Below are positions 19,392 to 28,497 of a stretch of 44,008 bases of DNA, piece after piece. The stretch lies in contig JBFMCE010000021.1 of NCBI GenBank assembly GCA_040754655.1, positions 1-44,008 of the forward strand, written 5' to 3'. This DNA is from Bdellovibrionota bacterium (GTDB lineage: Bacteria; Bdellovibrionota; UBA1018; UBA923). Position 1 is the stretch's first letter. Each line of letters starts with the position of its first letter. The position numbers and the translations under genes were made by a program. Under the pieces are notes generated by a model. That model had not been told where the DNA came from. It saw nothing but the letters and a program-made list of their open reading frames with translations, and did not search any database.

Positions 19392-19601
19392 TTATTGCGT
19401 AACTTTGCTGACGTTAGCGGCTTGAGGACCTTTTGGGCCATCAATCAATTCGAACTCAACCTTCTGTCCTTCGGTGAGAGTTTTAAAACCATCACCTTGA
19501 ATGGCGGTGTAATGAACGAACACGTCCTTTTCACTGCCGTCTTGTTGGATGAAGCCGTAACCTTTAGCGTCGTTGAACCATTTTACAAGACCAAGTGCCA
19601 T
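19392..19601 (-). CDS. Cold-shock domain protein (CspA family)
   Basis: '[15 protein letters not shown]' (RNP1), 'DVFVHY' (RNP2), '[10 protein letters not shown]'. Confidence 0.97.
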   Translation of the reverse strand: MALGLVKWFNDAKGYGFIQQDGSEKDVFVHYTAIQGDGFKTLTEGQKVEFELIDGPKGPQAANVSKVTQ

Positions 19602-19640
19602 AATACGTAATCCCCCTTCACTTCATTGTTGACTGTTACG

Positions 19641-19669
19641 ATTTAACGAAGCGAAAGGGAGGGTGTCAA
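19641..19669 (-). promoter_or_regulatory. Putative sigma70 promoter of the csp gene
   Basis: Perfect TTGACA (19669-19664, minus strand), 17 nt, then TTAAAT (imperfect -10). Confidence 0.45.
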
Positions 19670-19685
19670 ATTCAAAATGCGATAA

Positions 19686-19749
19686 GCCTCGGAAAAGATT
19701 GCCAAACTGCGTCAGTCGCGACTTTTGTTTGGCAATCTTCCGCCGAGGC
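19686..19749. repeat. Long imperfect inverted repeat with an internal palindrome
   Basis: GCCTCGG/CCGAGGC (7 bp) plus AAGATTGCCAAAC/GTTTGGCAATCTT (13 bp perfect). The loop contains the palindrome AGTCGCGACT at 19714-19723. Confidence 0.85.
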
Positions 19750-19784
19750 AGAAGTGAGATCTTTGATTAGTACCGTCTTGTTTT

Positions 19785-19815
19785 TATACGGATCTATACG
19801 GATCTATACGGATCT
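19785..19815. repeat. Tandem repeat (TATACGGATC)x3
   Basis: Three exact 10-bp copies start at 19785, 19795 and 19805. Confidence 0.92.
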
Positions 19816-19821
19816 GTTTGA

Positions 19822-21726
19822 TCAGTAAACGTATCCGGTAATGTCTGAACTGCCGTAGTCAAACATCGATCCGCTTGAGTATTGGTTGAGCTGTTCTTCA
19901 AGCGAGATCTGTTGTCTTGACTGAACATAAGTTTGGTCAAGTCCAGTGCCTGGTACGTAAGCGTAAGGAATCGGACCCCAAGGTGTTTGCTGCGTAAGTG
20001 CGATTGGCCTCGGAACCATTACCTTCGCATAAGCTCCGAGCAAGCGGTGTACTTGCGCGTCTTTTGAACTGCGAGCCCATCCGAACATTCCTTGATACGC
20101 ACGGCGCATGTCTCTCTTTAAGATCTGGTTGTAGAACCTGTCGTCAGCCGAAGCTGCCGAAGCTTTTCCACGCTCGAGAGTGGCGACGTAGCGAGCCATC
20201 TTGAGGTTCTTGTCTTTCGGATCCATCTGGCTTGCGACCCTAAGCGCGCGTTCGGAAACCTGAAGTTTCGCGGGTTGCTCGAAACCACGATCAGTGTCTC
20301 CGCCTTCAAGTTCAAGCACAACGGTGCTGATCTCTTTCAAGAGTTCGATGCTTGTCGCTTGCACTTTGCCGTGATCAGCGTGTTCGTCGTAAAAATCGCT
20401 GATCTTGTCGATCAATTCATTGAGCTCAGGCACGGTCTTCGCTTTTCGCAATTGTTTGCGAAGGTCAGCGAGATACTCATCGTCAGCCGAGTTTTCGTAG
20501 TCAGCGAAGATCTTCTCAAGGTCTTTGGTGAGTTTGCCACCCAAGAGTCTTCGAAGCTTGAACTGAGCCTTGCGACTTCCGCCCTTGGCTTCTTCGCAAA
20601 GTTCTTTGATCTCAGCCTTGCGCGCAACGTACTTCTCTTGCTTGATGCGTTCTTTCCTGGTTGCGTCGCTTTCAAAACTAAGTTCACCTGCGCGATACTT
20701 GGCACTGAGCTCAGTGACTTCAATGCGTTTTGGCGCACTGGGGTCTTGAGAATCAGGAGTGCCTGCAGGTACTGCATCGTTCACGCGTTTGTACTGGACG
20801 CCGTCTTTTGCATCTTTGGTAAGTGCAAATTGGCTTCCGGCAAGCCCATCAGGCAAAACGTCGTTGATGTCTGCGCAGTCAGGGTGAATCTTCACTTGAG
20901 CGCCACGGCGTACTACGCACTGCTGAGTCTTTGCAGGGCTGCAACCCGCTTCAGCATCGCCGATTGCTGGGCGAATGACTTTCGTATAGTCGCCGAACTC
21001 ATCAAGCGCTTTTGGATCCATCAGGTCAGTGACTTCAACCTTAAGGGCGTAAGCATTCGCGTGTTTTTCTGTCTCGTTGGGTTCATCGAGGTTGATTCGA
21101 AGGTGTCTAGCGCATTCTTTATTGACCCAACCTGAAAACTTGATCGTAGCTACACTTTTGCCATTCACCATGGTCTCTTCTTTCCAGAGGCGAAAGCCAT
21201 TGATGTAACGGTCAAGGTCTTTCTGTTCGACCGAGCTGAACTTGGTGTTGCGTTCGGCATTCAAGATCGCGTCGCGTTTTGCTTTTTCTTCTCGCGCGAC
21301 TTTTTCTTTGGCTTCGCGCTCAAGACGCTCTTGCTCGGCCTTGGCTTGGGCTTCTTTGTCGGCCTTGCGTTTTTTCCAGGCGGCGATTTGTTCTGGTGTG
21401 TATTTGGGTTTTTCCTTCGGTTTTTCAGCAGGAGCTGACTCTACTCCGAAAGCCCTTAGCAAAGCGTCTTTATCAATGTTGATTTTGACATTAGTCTCAA
21501 CCTTGGTTTTACTTTTGCCGTCAGCGCTTTGGGATTCGGTGACCGTAACATTTGAATTAGAGGGTGCTGGTTTCTTTTCAGCAGGTTTTTGTTCTGCGGG
21601 AGCTGAACCGAATTCTTCCGAGCCGGGTCCGCCATTTGCGAACGCTGACAGCGCCGGGGCTGATAAAGAAATGGCCATAAGTGGTATGATGGCCCATTCG
21701 TTCAACTTTGATTTAAACAACAACAT
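19822..21726 (-). CDS. Hypothetical secreted protein, 634 aa
   Basis: GAGGAG SD, Sec signal ending 'ALSAFA', Pro/Lys/Glu-rich linker, coiled-coil stretches and several Cys. No family recognised. Confidence 0.85.
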   Translation of the reverse strand: MLLFKSKLNEWAIIPLMAISLSAPALSAFANGGPGSEEFGSAPAEQKPAEKKPAPSNSNVTVTESQSADGKSKTKVETNVKINIDKDALLRAFGVESAPAEKPKEKPKYTPEQIAAWKKRKADKEAQAKAEQERLEREAKEKVAREEKAKRDAILNAERNTKFSSVEQKDLDRYINGFRLWKEETMVNGKSVATIKFSGWVNKECARHLRINLDEPNETEKHANAYALKVEVTDLMDPKALDEFGDYTKVIRPAIGDAEAGCSPAKTQQCVVRRGAQVKIHPDCADINDVLPDGLAGSQFALTKDAKDGVQYKRVNDAVPAGTPDSQDPSAPKRIEVTELSAKYRAGELSFESDATRKERIKQEKYVARKAEIKELCEEAKGGSRKAQFKLRRLLGGKLTKDLEKIFADYENSADDEYLADLRKQLRKAKTVPELNELIDKISDFYDEHADHGKVQATSIELLKEISTVVLELEGGDTDRGFEQPAKLQVSERALRVASQMDPKDKNLKMARYVATLERGKASAASADDRFYNQILKRDMRRAYQGMFGWARSSKDAQVHRLLGAYAKVMVPRPIALTQQTPWGPIPYAYVPGTGLDQTYVQSRQQISLEEQLNQYSSGSMFDYGSSDITGYVY

Positions 21727-21773
21727 AACTACTCCTCACTCAACTTCTTCAGCATCAACTTAAATCGCACATA

Positions 21774-21790
21774 AGCTACTCCGTGTAGCT
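21774..21790 (-). promoter_or_regulatory. Hairpin with ACGGA loop (putative CsrA binding site)
   Basis: Minus-strand AGCTAC-ACGGA-GTAGCT: a 6-bp perfect stem with an ANGGA loop, located in the predicted 5' UTR. Confidence 0.55.
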
Positions 21791-21827
21791 GCATACGCGA
21801 ACATGTTGCTCTTCTAGAGGGAGTTAA

Positions 21828-21843
21828 TGCAACGCGCAGGCCA
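21828..21843 (-). promoter_or_regulatory. Putative sigma54 -24/-12 promoter
   Basis: TGGCCTGCGCGTTGCA (GG-N10-GC), 101 nt upstream of ATG 21726. Confidence 0.65.
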
Positions 21844-22095
21844 AGTTTAGGTTTCGGTGGATCTGAGCTTCGTTGCGCTTTGTTTCTTGTCGTGATTTTG
21901 GAGACGTGTAGAAAGCTTTGACAGGCAGATGGTGCAGACGAACTGAAAGGAGCAGAAAATCTAGAAAAGCAGAATGGGATCGATAAATAGGGTTTTTCAA
22001 ATTGTGCCGTGAACAGAAAGGTATTCATCATTAATGATGGTGCCTTGAAACGAGGCTTCGTTTGTGGAGAAATAACTGCAAGGCAAGTAGCCGCG

Positions 22096-22800
22096 CTATT
22101 TCTTGCTTTCGCTCAAGGCCTTTGCAGTTGCTGCTTGGGTTTGCATTGTATGCAATACGGCTTCACCGTACGCGCCCTGTGCAGCGAGCTTTCGATCGTT
22201 TAAATCCATTTTTATTTTTGCCGCGTGGTGAGCAAGATCTTGCTCACCGTTTCCAGCATGATTTCTAGCGGCTGCTTCGAGGAATTCGGCGGCAGCAAGT
22301 GTGTCACTGGCTATTGTTTTATTCAAGGCCGCCAAGAAATTAGCACGCTCTTCTTCAGAGACAGGTCCATCCAATATGAATTGCACCTTCGCATCTACTT
22401 CGAGATCCCACAGGCCAAGGCGCAGTTTCAAGGGTAGGGTAGCTTCAGGAGCTTTCTGAGTTAGTTTTGAAAAGTCAGTCGATTTAATGAACTTTGTTGT
22501 TGCCGGTAAAATCTGATAAATACAGGCTTGCACGTCAATGATCGCCGCAGGATCGTCTTTTTTTACCGAACAAATTTTTCCAAGCTCCTGTGTTGCTTGG
22601 ATACGAGTCTCGATTCTTTGGGTACGATCTGCTTGAATCGCTAAAAGGCTATCAATAGTGTCTTTTTTTTCCGCCAGAAGTTGAATCAGGCGCTCATCGG
22701 AAACGTCCAAGTTTGTTGGGCCCTGTTCCTGCGCATGGGCAGCGTGAATGGGCATCGCCATCAAACCAAGAATAAAAAGCCAAGCATAAGCTCGTTTCAT
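22096..22800 (-). CDS. Hypothetical secreted protein, 234 aa
   Basis: ATG 22800 follows a GAGGAG SD. Signal peptide 'MKRAYAWLFILGLMAMPIHAAHA-QE'. Helical composition. Confidence 0.82.
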   Translation of the reverse strand: MKRAYAWLFILGLMAMPIHAAHAQEQGPTNLDVSDERLIQLLAEKKDTIDSLLAIQADRTQRIETRIQATQELGKICSVKKDDPAAIIDVQACIYQILPATTKFIKSTDFSKLTQKAPEATLPLKLRLGLWDLEVDAKVQFILDGPVSEEERANFLAALNKTIASDTLAAAEFLEAAARNHAGNGEQDLAHHAAKIKMDLNDRKLAAQGAYGEAVLHTMQTQAATAKALSESKK

Positions 22801-22834
22801 ACACACTACTCCTCGTACTCTGAGGCTATTGAAT

Positions 22835-22850
22835 TGCAAAGACAGGGCCA
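22835..22850 (-). promoter_or_regulatory. Putative sigma54 -24/-12 promoter
   Basis: TGGCCCTGTCTTTGCA (GG-N10-GC), 34 nt upstream of ATG 22800. Confidence 0.65.
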
Positions 22851-23074
22851 GGGGCGGGTCGAAGGGCTGGCACCAGGGATTCGGTTGAAAGCAGGTCAAA
22901 AGCCTGCTGCTACCTAGACGGGTGTCAAAAACTTAGCCACACAAAAATCGCTCGAGTTGTCTGACGGCACCGAGCTCCCCCGGAAACGACCCCATACAAA
23001 CAATACCATTGCACGGCTAGAGACCGGAATCGGTTGTCCAGGCAATCACACCAAAAGCCAAATCCGAATTAAAT

Positions 23075-23103
23075 TTGCGAGCTGAGGGGCCCCATTGTAT
23101 ATA
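23075..23103 (+). promoter_or_regulatory. Putative sigma70 promoter of the amino-acid catabolic operon
   Basis: TTGCGA-17 nt-TATATA, upstream of an AGGAG SD and ATG 23147. Confidence 0.4.
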
Positions 23104-23146
23104 AAGAAACGCGTTTGAGACACGAAACACCAGGAGAGGGTTATTC

Positions 23147-24193
23147 ATGAAAGTTTTCGAGCGAATTCAGCAGGATGGATACGAACAGGTCGTTTTTTGC
23201 AACGACCGTAAGACTGGTCTAAAAGCGATTATTTCAATCCACAGCTCCGCACTCGGGCCAGGAACGGGCGGGTGCCGAATGTATCCTTATGCGACCGAAG
23301 AGGCTGCTCTTGAAGACGTACTGCGCCTCTCCAAAGGCATGACCTACAAAGCTTCCATCAGCGGATTGAAGCTGGGTGGGGCTAAAGCCGTCATCATCGG
23401 CGATCCCAGAACACAAAAGACTCCAGAGCTTCTTGAAAGGTTCGGCGAATTTGTAGAACGGCAAAACGGAAATTACATCACTGCAAAAGACGTCGGCATC
23501 AACGGCGATGATCTCAAAGTCGTCCAGAGCAAGACCAAACACGTGCTTGGCATCGAAGGGCTTGTGAATTCAAGCGGTGATCCTTCGCCGCTCACTGCAT
23601 GGGGTGTGTTCAACGGAATGAAGGCGGCCGCCCGTCATGTTTATGGCGATGCAAGCCTCAAAGGAAAGCGCATCGCCATTCAAGGTCTGGGTTATGTCAG
23701 CTATTATCTCATCCGTCACCTTGTGGAAGAGGGCGCCAAAATCGTAGGTGCTGATGTTGATCAGAGCAGAATCACAAAATGCCAAAATGAATTCAATATC
23801 GACATTGTATCGCCAGACGATATTTTGTCGCAAGAATGCGACATTCTCTCGCCCAGCGCCTTGGGCGCGGTGATCAACGCGGCATCTATTCCGCGGATTA
23901 AAGCGAAGGTCATCGCGGGAGCCGCGAACAACCAGCTCGCAACCGATGCGGATGGTTTTGAGCTCTTTAGACGTGGAATTGTTTATGCCCCTGATTATGC
24001 GATCAACGCGGGTGGTTTGATCAATATCTATCATGAACTCGGTGGATACAACTCTGCCCGTGCTTACGATCATGTCGCGGGAATTTACCGAACGATTGAA
24101 GAGATTCTTGAGCGTTCGAAGCGAGAAGCTATTCCGCCACACCGAGTGGCAGATCAAATTGCTGAAGAAAAAGTCGCGCTCGCAAAGAGGTAA
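23147..24193 (+). CDS. Leu/Val/Phe-type amino-acid dehydrogenase
   Basis: 'ALGPGTGGCRM', 'LSKGMTYK', 'GGAKAVI', 'GDPSP.TA.GV', 'IQGLGYV', 'GAANNQL', 'PDYAINAGG'. Confidence 0.93.
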   Translation: MKVFERIQQDGYEQVVFCNDRKTGLKAIISIHSSALGPGTGGCRMYPYATEEAALEDVLRLSKGMTYKASISGLKLGGAKAVIIGDPRTQKTPELLERFGEFVERQNGNYITAKDVGINGDDLKVVQSKTKHVLGIEGLVNSSGDPSPLTAWGVFNGMKAAARHVYGDASLKGKRIAIQGLGYVSYYLIRHLVEEGAKIVGADVDQSRITKCQNEFNIDIVSPDDILSQECDILSPSALGAVINAASIPRIKAKVIAGAANNQLATDADGFELFRRGIVYAPDYAINAGGLINIYHELGGYNSARAYDHVAGIYRTIEEILERSKREAIPPHRVADQIAEEKVALAKR

Positions 24194-24196
24194 GTA

Positions 24197-25258
24197 ATGA
24201 CAAAAGGGGGGGGAGATCGTTTTGGCCTGCATCGGGTAGTGAACCCCAAGGGGGTTCTACCCCAGCAAGCGGATGTGCTCGATCCCTCCCTCCCTTATTT
24301 CGACAACGAACTTTTGATCGAGGTTGAAGCGCTCAACATCGATTCGGCTAGTTTTCATCAGATCAAACAAGCGTGCGCGGCAGATCCCGGGCGCATGGCG
24401 GCTCACATGCTTGAACTGGTCGGCAAACGGGGCAAACAGCACAATCCGGTCACAGGTTCTGGCGGCATGCTCATTGGCCGCGTGAGCGCGATTGGCGAAA
24501 AATTCTTGGAAGGCAAATCCGAAGCCGAAAAGCTTAAGGTCGGAGATCGTGTGGCAACATTGGTCTCGCTGACCTTGACCCCGCTTTCGATCAAGAAAAT
24601 CAACAAGGTCCACTTAGAGCTCGATCGTGTGGATATCGAAGGCCATGCCATTCTTTTTCAAAGCGGCATTTATGCGAAGCTGCCGCAAGATATTTCAGAA
24701 AATCTCTCTCTAGCCGTTCTTGATGTATGTGGCGCGCCAGCGCACACGGCTGCTCTGTGTAAACAGGGTCAGACCGTGGTGGTGATGGGTGGTGGCGGAA
24801 AATCGGGCATCTTGTGTCTGTATGAAGCGAAGAAAGCTGTTGGCCCTAAGGGCAAGACGGTCGCTCTAGACTATGGTGCCGAAGGAGTTGAACGTCTGCG
24901 GAAGTTTTCTTTCGTCGATGTCGCGGAACACTGCGATGCGCGAAACGCGGTTGCGACTTACGAGCTTGTCAAGCGGCTTACAGACGGCAAGATGGCGGAC
25001 GTCGTGATCAATGTGACCAATATCCCTGATACTGAAATGTCATGCATTCTCTCAGCCAAGCAAAAGGGCATCGTGTATTATTTCAGCATGGCGACAAGTT
25101 TCACGAAAGTCGCGTTGGGCGCCGAGGGCATTGGTGCCGATGTGACCTTGGTGATCGGAAATGGTTACTATCCAGGACATGCGCAGATGACACTTCAAAT
25201 TCTGCGTGATAGCTCCGAGATCCGGGAGATGTACGAGAAGAAGTATGGCGCACCTTGA
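24197..25258 (+). CDS. kdd: L-erythro-3,5-diaminohexanoate dehydrogenase
   Basis: 'G.HRV..PKGVLPQ.A', 'LNIDSASF.QI', 'RGKQHNPVTGSGGMLIG', 'ATLVSLTLTPL', 'LAVLDVCGAP', 'FSMATSF...ALGAEG'. Confidence 0.93.
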   Translation: MTKGGGDRFGLHRVVNPKGVLPQQADVLDPSLPYFDNELLIEVEALNIDSASFHQIKQACAADPGRMAAHMLELVGKRGKQHNPVTGSGGMLIGRVSAIGEKFLEGKSEAEKLKVGDRVATLVSLTLTPLSIKKINKVHLELDRVDIEGHAILFQSGIYAKLPQDISENLSLAVLDVCGAPAHTAALCKQGQTVVVMGGGGKSGILCLYEAKKAVGPKGKTVALDYGAEGVERLRKFSFVDVAEHCDARNAVATYELVKRLTDGKMADVVINVTNIPDTEMSCILSAKQKGIVYYFSMATSFTKVALGAEGIGADVTLVIGNGYYPGHAQMTLQILRDSSEIREMYEKKYGAP

Positions 25259-26810
25259 ATTAAACCAACAAACGATCATTGAGTGCCGAAGGCTAGCGAC
25301 TCAAGTCGTTTCAAAAGTAAAACCGGTGATCGAATCCCATACGACCGTGGCGATCGAGCGCACGGCGCTCAGGTTGATTGGCGTAACAGGCGCTTTGAAC
25401 AAGGATGGGCTCAAGTATCCGCTTGTGAACGCCATCGTCGATCAGCTTCGTGAAGACCGAGCCCTCTCAAAGGGTGCGCTCTTTTGGTTTGCAAATGGAC
25501 TTCTTCAATCTAACGACACCATTGAAGGGCTTTCAAATAAGGTTGCCTCTGGTGAAGTGAGGCTCAGCCAGCTCGCAAAGCTTTCTCAAGGGGATGTGCG
25601 CAAAGTCGCTCTTGATCTGTGCAAAAAAGCCTTGAAACAGATTTCTGAAAATCGTGAGCATCGCAATGAGCTAAGACGAACTCAGCGTGATCCGATGGAC
25701 ATGACGTTTCAGTCAAAGCCCGTGATCTACGTCATCGTAGCCACCGGAAATATTTTTGAGGATGTCATTCAAGCAAAAGCTGCGGTTGAAGCTGGAGCCG
25801 ATGCGATCGCGGTGATTCGATCAACCGCACAGAGCCTGCTTGATTACGTGCCTGAGGGTGCCACGACCGAAGGGTTTGGCGGGACTTACGCGACCCAAGA
25901 GAACTTTCGCATCATGCGAAAGGCCTTAGATGAGGCGGGTGCTCAATTCGGAAGATACATTCGTTTGACCAATTATTCCTCAGGGCTTTGCATGCCCGAG
26001 ATCGCGGCGCTGGCGGCGATTGAAAGATTGGACTTTCTACTCAATGATGCGATGTACGGAATTTTATTTCGCGACATCAATATGAAGCGAACCTTGGTGG
26101 ATCAGCACTTCTCGCGCATGATCAACGGTTACGCTGATATCTGTATTCAAACAGGCGAAGACAACTATCTCACCACGGCAGATGCCGTTGAATTTGGCCA
26201 TCAGGTGCTCGCATCCCAGTTCATCAATGAGAAATTTGCGCTTGAAGCCCATATGAAAGAAGAGCAGATGTGTTTGGGCCATGCCGCAGAGATGGATCCT
26301 TGGCATCCCAACGTACTTCTGCTTGAAATCGCTAGAGCCCAGATGACTCGCGATATTTTCCCGAAAGCCCCGCTCAAGTTCATGCCACCGACCCGGCATA
26401 AGGTTGGCGATATCTTCTTTAGCCATTTGATGGATGCGATGTTCAACTTCACTGGCGTGCTCACAAACCAAGGCGTTCAGCTTTTGGGCATGCCCACTGA
26501 GGCGATGCATACTCCGCTTTTGCAAGACCGTTGGATGAGCATCAAATCCGCGAATTACGTCTTCGGCGCAGCGAGGGATCTGGGAAAAGAGATCACTTTC
26601 AAACGAGACGGCGTCATCTCAAAGTGGGCGAATAAGGTGCTTGATGACACCCTTCAGCTCTTGCGAAAAATCGAACGCGATGGGCTTTTCAAGGCGATCG
26701 AAGAAAAAGCATTTGCAAACGTTTCACGCACGCTAAGCGGGGGAAAAGGCTTGGATGGCGTGCTTGAAAAAGACAAAGAATATTTGAATCCATTTTTCGA
26801 GCTTTTATGA
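25245..26810 (+). CDS. kamD: Lysine 5,6-aminomutase alpha subunit (AdoCbl/PLP dependent)
   Basis: ATG at 25245. Motifs 'HTTVAIER', 'YVIVATGNIFEDV.QA', 'AVIRSTAQSLLDYVP.GATTEGFGGTYATQENF', 'NYSSGLCMPEIA', 'KFMPPT'. Confidence 0.96.
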   Translation: MAHLELNQQTIIECRRLATQVVSKVKPVIESHTTVAIERTALRLIGVTGALNKDGLKYPLVNAIVDQLREDRALSKGALFWFANGLLQSNDTIEGLSNKVASGEVRLSQLAKLSQGDVRKVALDLCKKALKQISENREHRNELRRTQRDPMDMTFQSKPVIYVIVATGNIFEDVIQAKAAVEAGADAIAVIRSTAQSLLDYVPEGATTEGFGGTYATQENFRIMRKALDEAGAQFGRYIRLTNYSSGLCMPEIAALAAIERLDFLLNDAMYGILFRDINMKRTLVDQHFSRMINGYADICIQTGEDNYLTTADAVEFGHQVLASQFINEKFALEAHMKEEQMCLGHAAEMDPWHPNVLLLEIARAQMTRDIFPKAPLKFMPPTRHKVGDIFFSHLMDAMFNFTGVLTNQGVQLLGMPTEAMHTPLLQDRWMSIKSANYVFGAARDLGKEITFKRDGVISKWANKVLDDTLQLLRKIERDGLFKAIEEKAFANVSRTLSGGKGLDGVLEKDKEYLNPFFELL

Positions 26811-27580
26811 GCGATTATTCGGATCTGATCAAGAAAGTAGACCTTAAACACCTGCGTCCATATGGTGATATCATGGACGACGGGGTGACTCAGCTTGCCT
26901 TCACGCTTCCGGTAGCGGTGTCGCCAGAGGCGCGTGAGGCCGCGGTGCAGTTGGCCCAAAAGATGGGGCTTGATGAAATCAAAGTCGCAACCATGGAGCC
27001 CGCGGCGCAAGGGTTTTCATTCTTCGTCATTTACGGGAAACTCAAACACACCGTTGATTTCACCAAGATCAAAGTGGTGAAGGTCGAATCAAAGTCTCGG
27101 TCGATGTACGAGATCAACGAGATTATCAAGACCGAGCTAGGGCGCAAGGTCGTGGTTTTGGGAGCATGCACCGGTTACGACGCCCACACTGTGGGAATTG
27201 ACGCCATCATCAATATGAAGGGTTTTTCTGGCGATTATGGCCTTGAGCGCTATGAGTGGATGGATGCCAGAAACCTAGGAGCCCAAGTCTTGAACGAAGA
27301 GCTTTTGAAAAAGGCCATTGATCTTAACGCAGATGCGATCTTGGTTTCGAAAGTCGTGACTCAGCACAATATCCACATCAAAGACATGAAAGACTTGATG
27401 GAAAAAGCTGAGAAGATGGGCATTCGAGACAAGCTCGTATTTGTCGCCGGGGGGCCTCGCGTTACCCACCAGATTGCTTTAGAATGCGGGTTTGATGCGG
27501 GATTTGGGGTTGGAACAAAACCCTCGGAGGTGGCAAGCTATATCGTAGAAGAGCTTCTCAAGAGGAAACGAAAACCGTGA
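26807..27580 (+). CDS. kamE: Lysine 5,6-aminomutase beta subunit (cobalamin binding)
   Basis: 'RPYGD..DDG..QL.FTLP' dimerization domain, cobalamin DxHxxG motif 'DAHTVG', and PLP-lysine 'NMKG'. Confidence 0.96.
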   Translation: MSDYSDLIKKVDLKHLRPYGDIMDDGVTQLAFTLPVAVSPEAREAAVQLAQKMGLDEIKVATMEPAAQGFSFFVIYGKLKHTVDFTKIKVVKVESKSRSMYEINEIIKTELGRKVVVLGACTGYDAHTVGIDAIINMKGFSGDYGLERYEWMDARNLGAQVLNEELLKKAIDLNADAILVSKVVTQHNIHIKDMKDLMEKAEKMGIRDKLVFVAGGPRVTHQIALECGFDAGFGVGTKPSEVASYIVEELLKRKRKP

Positions 27581-28497
27581 GCCGAAAAACCACGCAGCGT
27601 TCTGCAAAGGATGTCGTCGCCGAAGTTCAGAAAAAGCAGGGCATCATCGGCAGGGAAAAAGAGATTTCGCAGCTCTGGACAGCCATATCGGCTGGCCGAA
27701 ATGCGCTGATCGAAGGACCGGTAGGTGTCGGAAAGACGGCACTTGCTCAAGCTGTGGCAAGCGTGATCGGGCGCAAGGTGATTCGTGTTGATGGCGACTC
27801 TCGTTTTACCGAACAAAAACTTGTGGGTTGGTTTGATCCCTCGCTTGTTCTCAAAAAAGGCTATACCGAAAAGACTTTCATCGCAGGCCCTTTAGTTGAG
27901 GCGATGAGGTCAGGATCAATCTTGTTCATCAACGAGCTCAATCGCATGCCTGAGGCCGTGCAGAACGTGCTTTTGCCGGCGATTGACGAAGCGTTGGTGC
28001 AGATTCCCCAACTTAGTGAAGTCAGGGCAAAACCAGGCTTTTTGGTGGTGGCGACCCAGAATCCTCGGGAATTCGTCGCAACTTCACATTTGAGCGAAGC
28101 CCTCATGGACCGCATGGAATGGGTGCAGCTGGGTTATCAAGGCTTTGAAGAAGAGCGTGAAATTGCAAAACAAGCTTCGAAATTTTCTACCGAGCCTTAC
28201 CTTTCTTGGGCAGTGGCTTTGGTAAGGCTTACGCGGTCTCATCCCAAGATCAAACGAGGCGCATCGATCAGAGCGGCGATCGCGATCTTGCAAATGCTCG
28301 AAAAACGCGACGAAGAACACGAGCTTTCAGAAAGTGATTTTTGGGAAGTCGCCAAACTTGCGCTTCCTACCCGAATTGAACTCAATACGATCGAATCTGA
28401 AGGCGGTTATGAGCATCAAGTCGAGTCTCTGCTGCGTGAACTTTGGGATGAGTTAAAAAAAAACTCCCCGAAGAGCTCGCTGACGCTTTCTCACTGA
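27577..28497 (+). CDS. MoxR-type AAA+ ATPase (0-frame product)
   Basis: GTG overlaps the kamE stop (GTGA). Walker A GPVGVGKT at 27715-27738, variant Walker B ILFINE at 27919-27936, sensor-1 'ATQNP', 'LSEALMDR', 'GASIRA'. Confidence 0.92.
   Translation: MSRKTTQRSAKDVVAEVQKKQGIIGREKEISQLWTAISAGRNALIEGPVGVGKTALAQAVASVIGRKVIRVDGDSRFTEQKLVGWFDPSLVLKKGYTEKTFIAGPLVEAMRSGSILFINELNRMPEAVQNVLLPAIDEALVQIPQLSEVRAKPGFLVVATQNPREFVATSHLSEALMDRMEWVQLGYQGFEEEREIAKQASKFSTEPYLSWAVALVRLTRSHPKIKRGASIRAAIAILQMLEKRDEEHELSESDFWEVAKLALPTRIELNTIESEGGYEHQVESLLRELWDELKKNSPKSSLTLSH

Noticed and set aside
19785..19815. CRISPR array
   Set aside because: 10-bp head-to-tail repeats without spacers, and no cas genes.
20275..21763. 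Long + strand ORFs (286 aa and 173 aa) and other antisense ORFs in the track
   Set aside because: They are shadows of well-supported opposite-strand genes and have no motifs or RBS.
22900..23146. Cobalamin or lysine riboswitch upstream of the kdd/kamDE operon
   Set aside because: No recognisable B12-box or L-box conserved elements, and the likely promoter lies only ~45 nt from the ATG.
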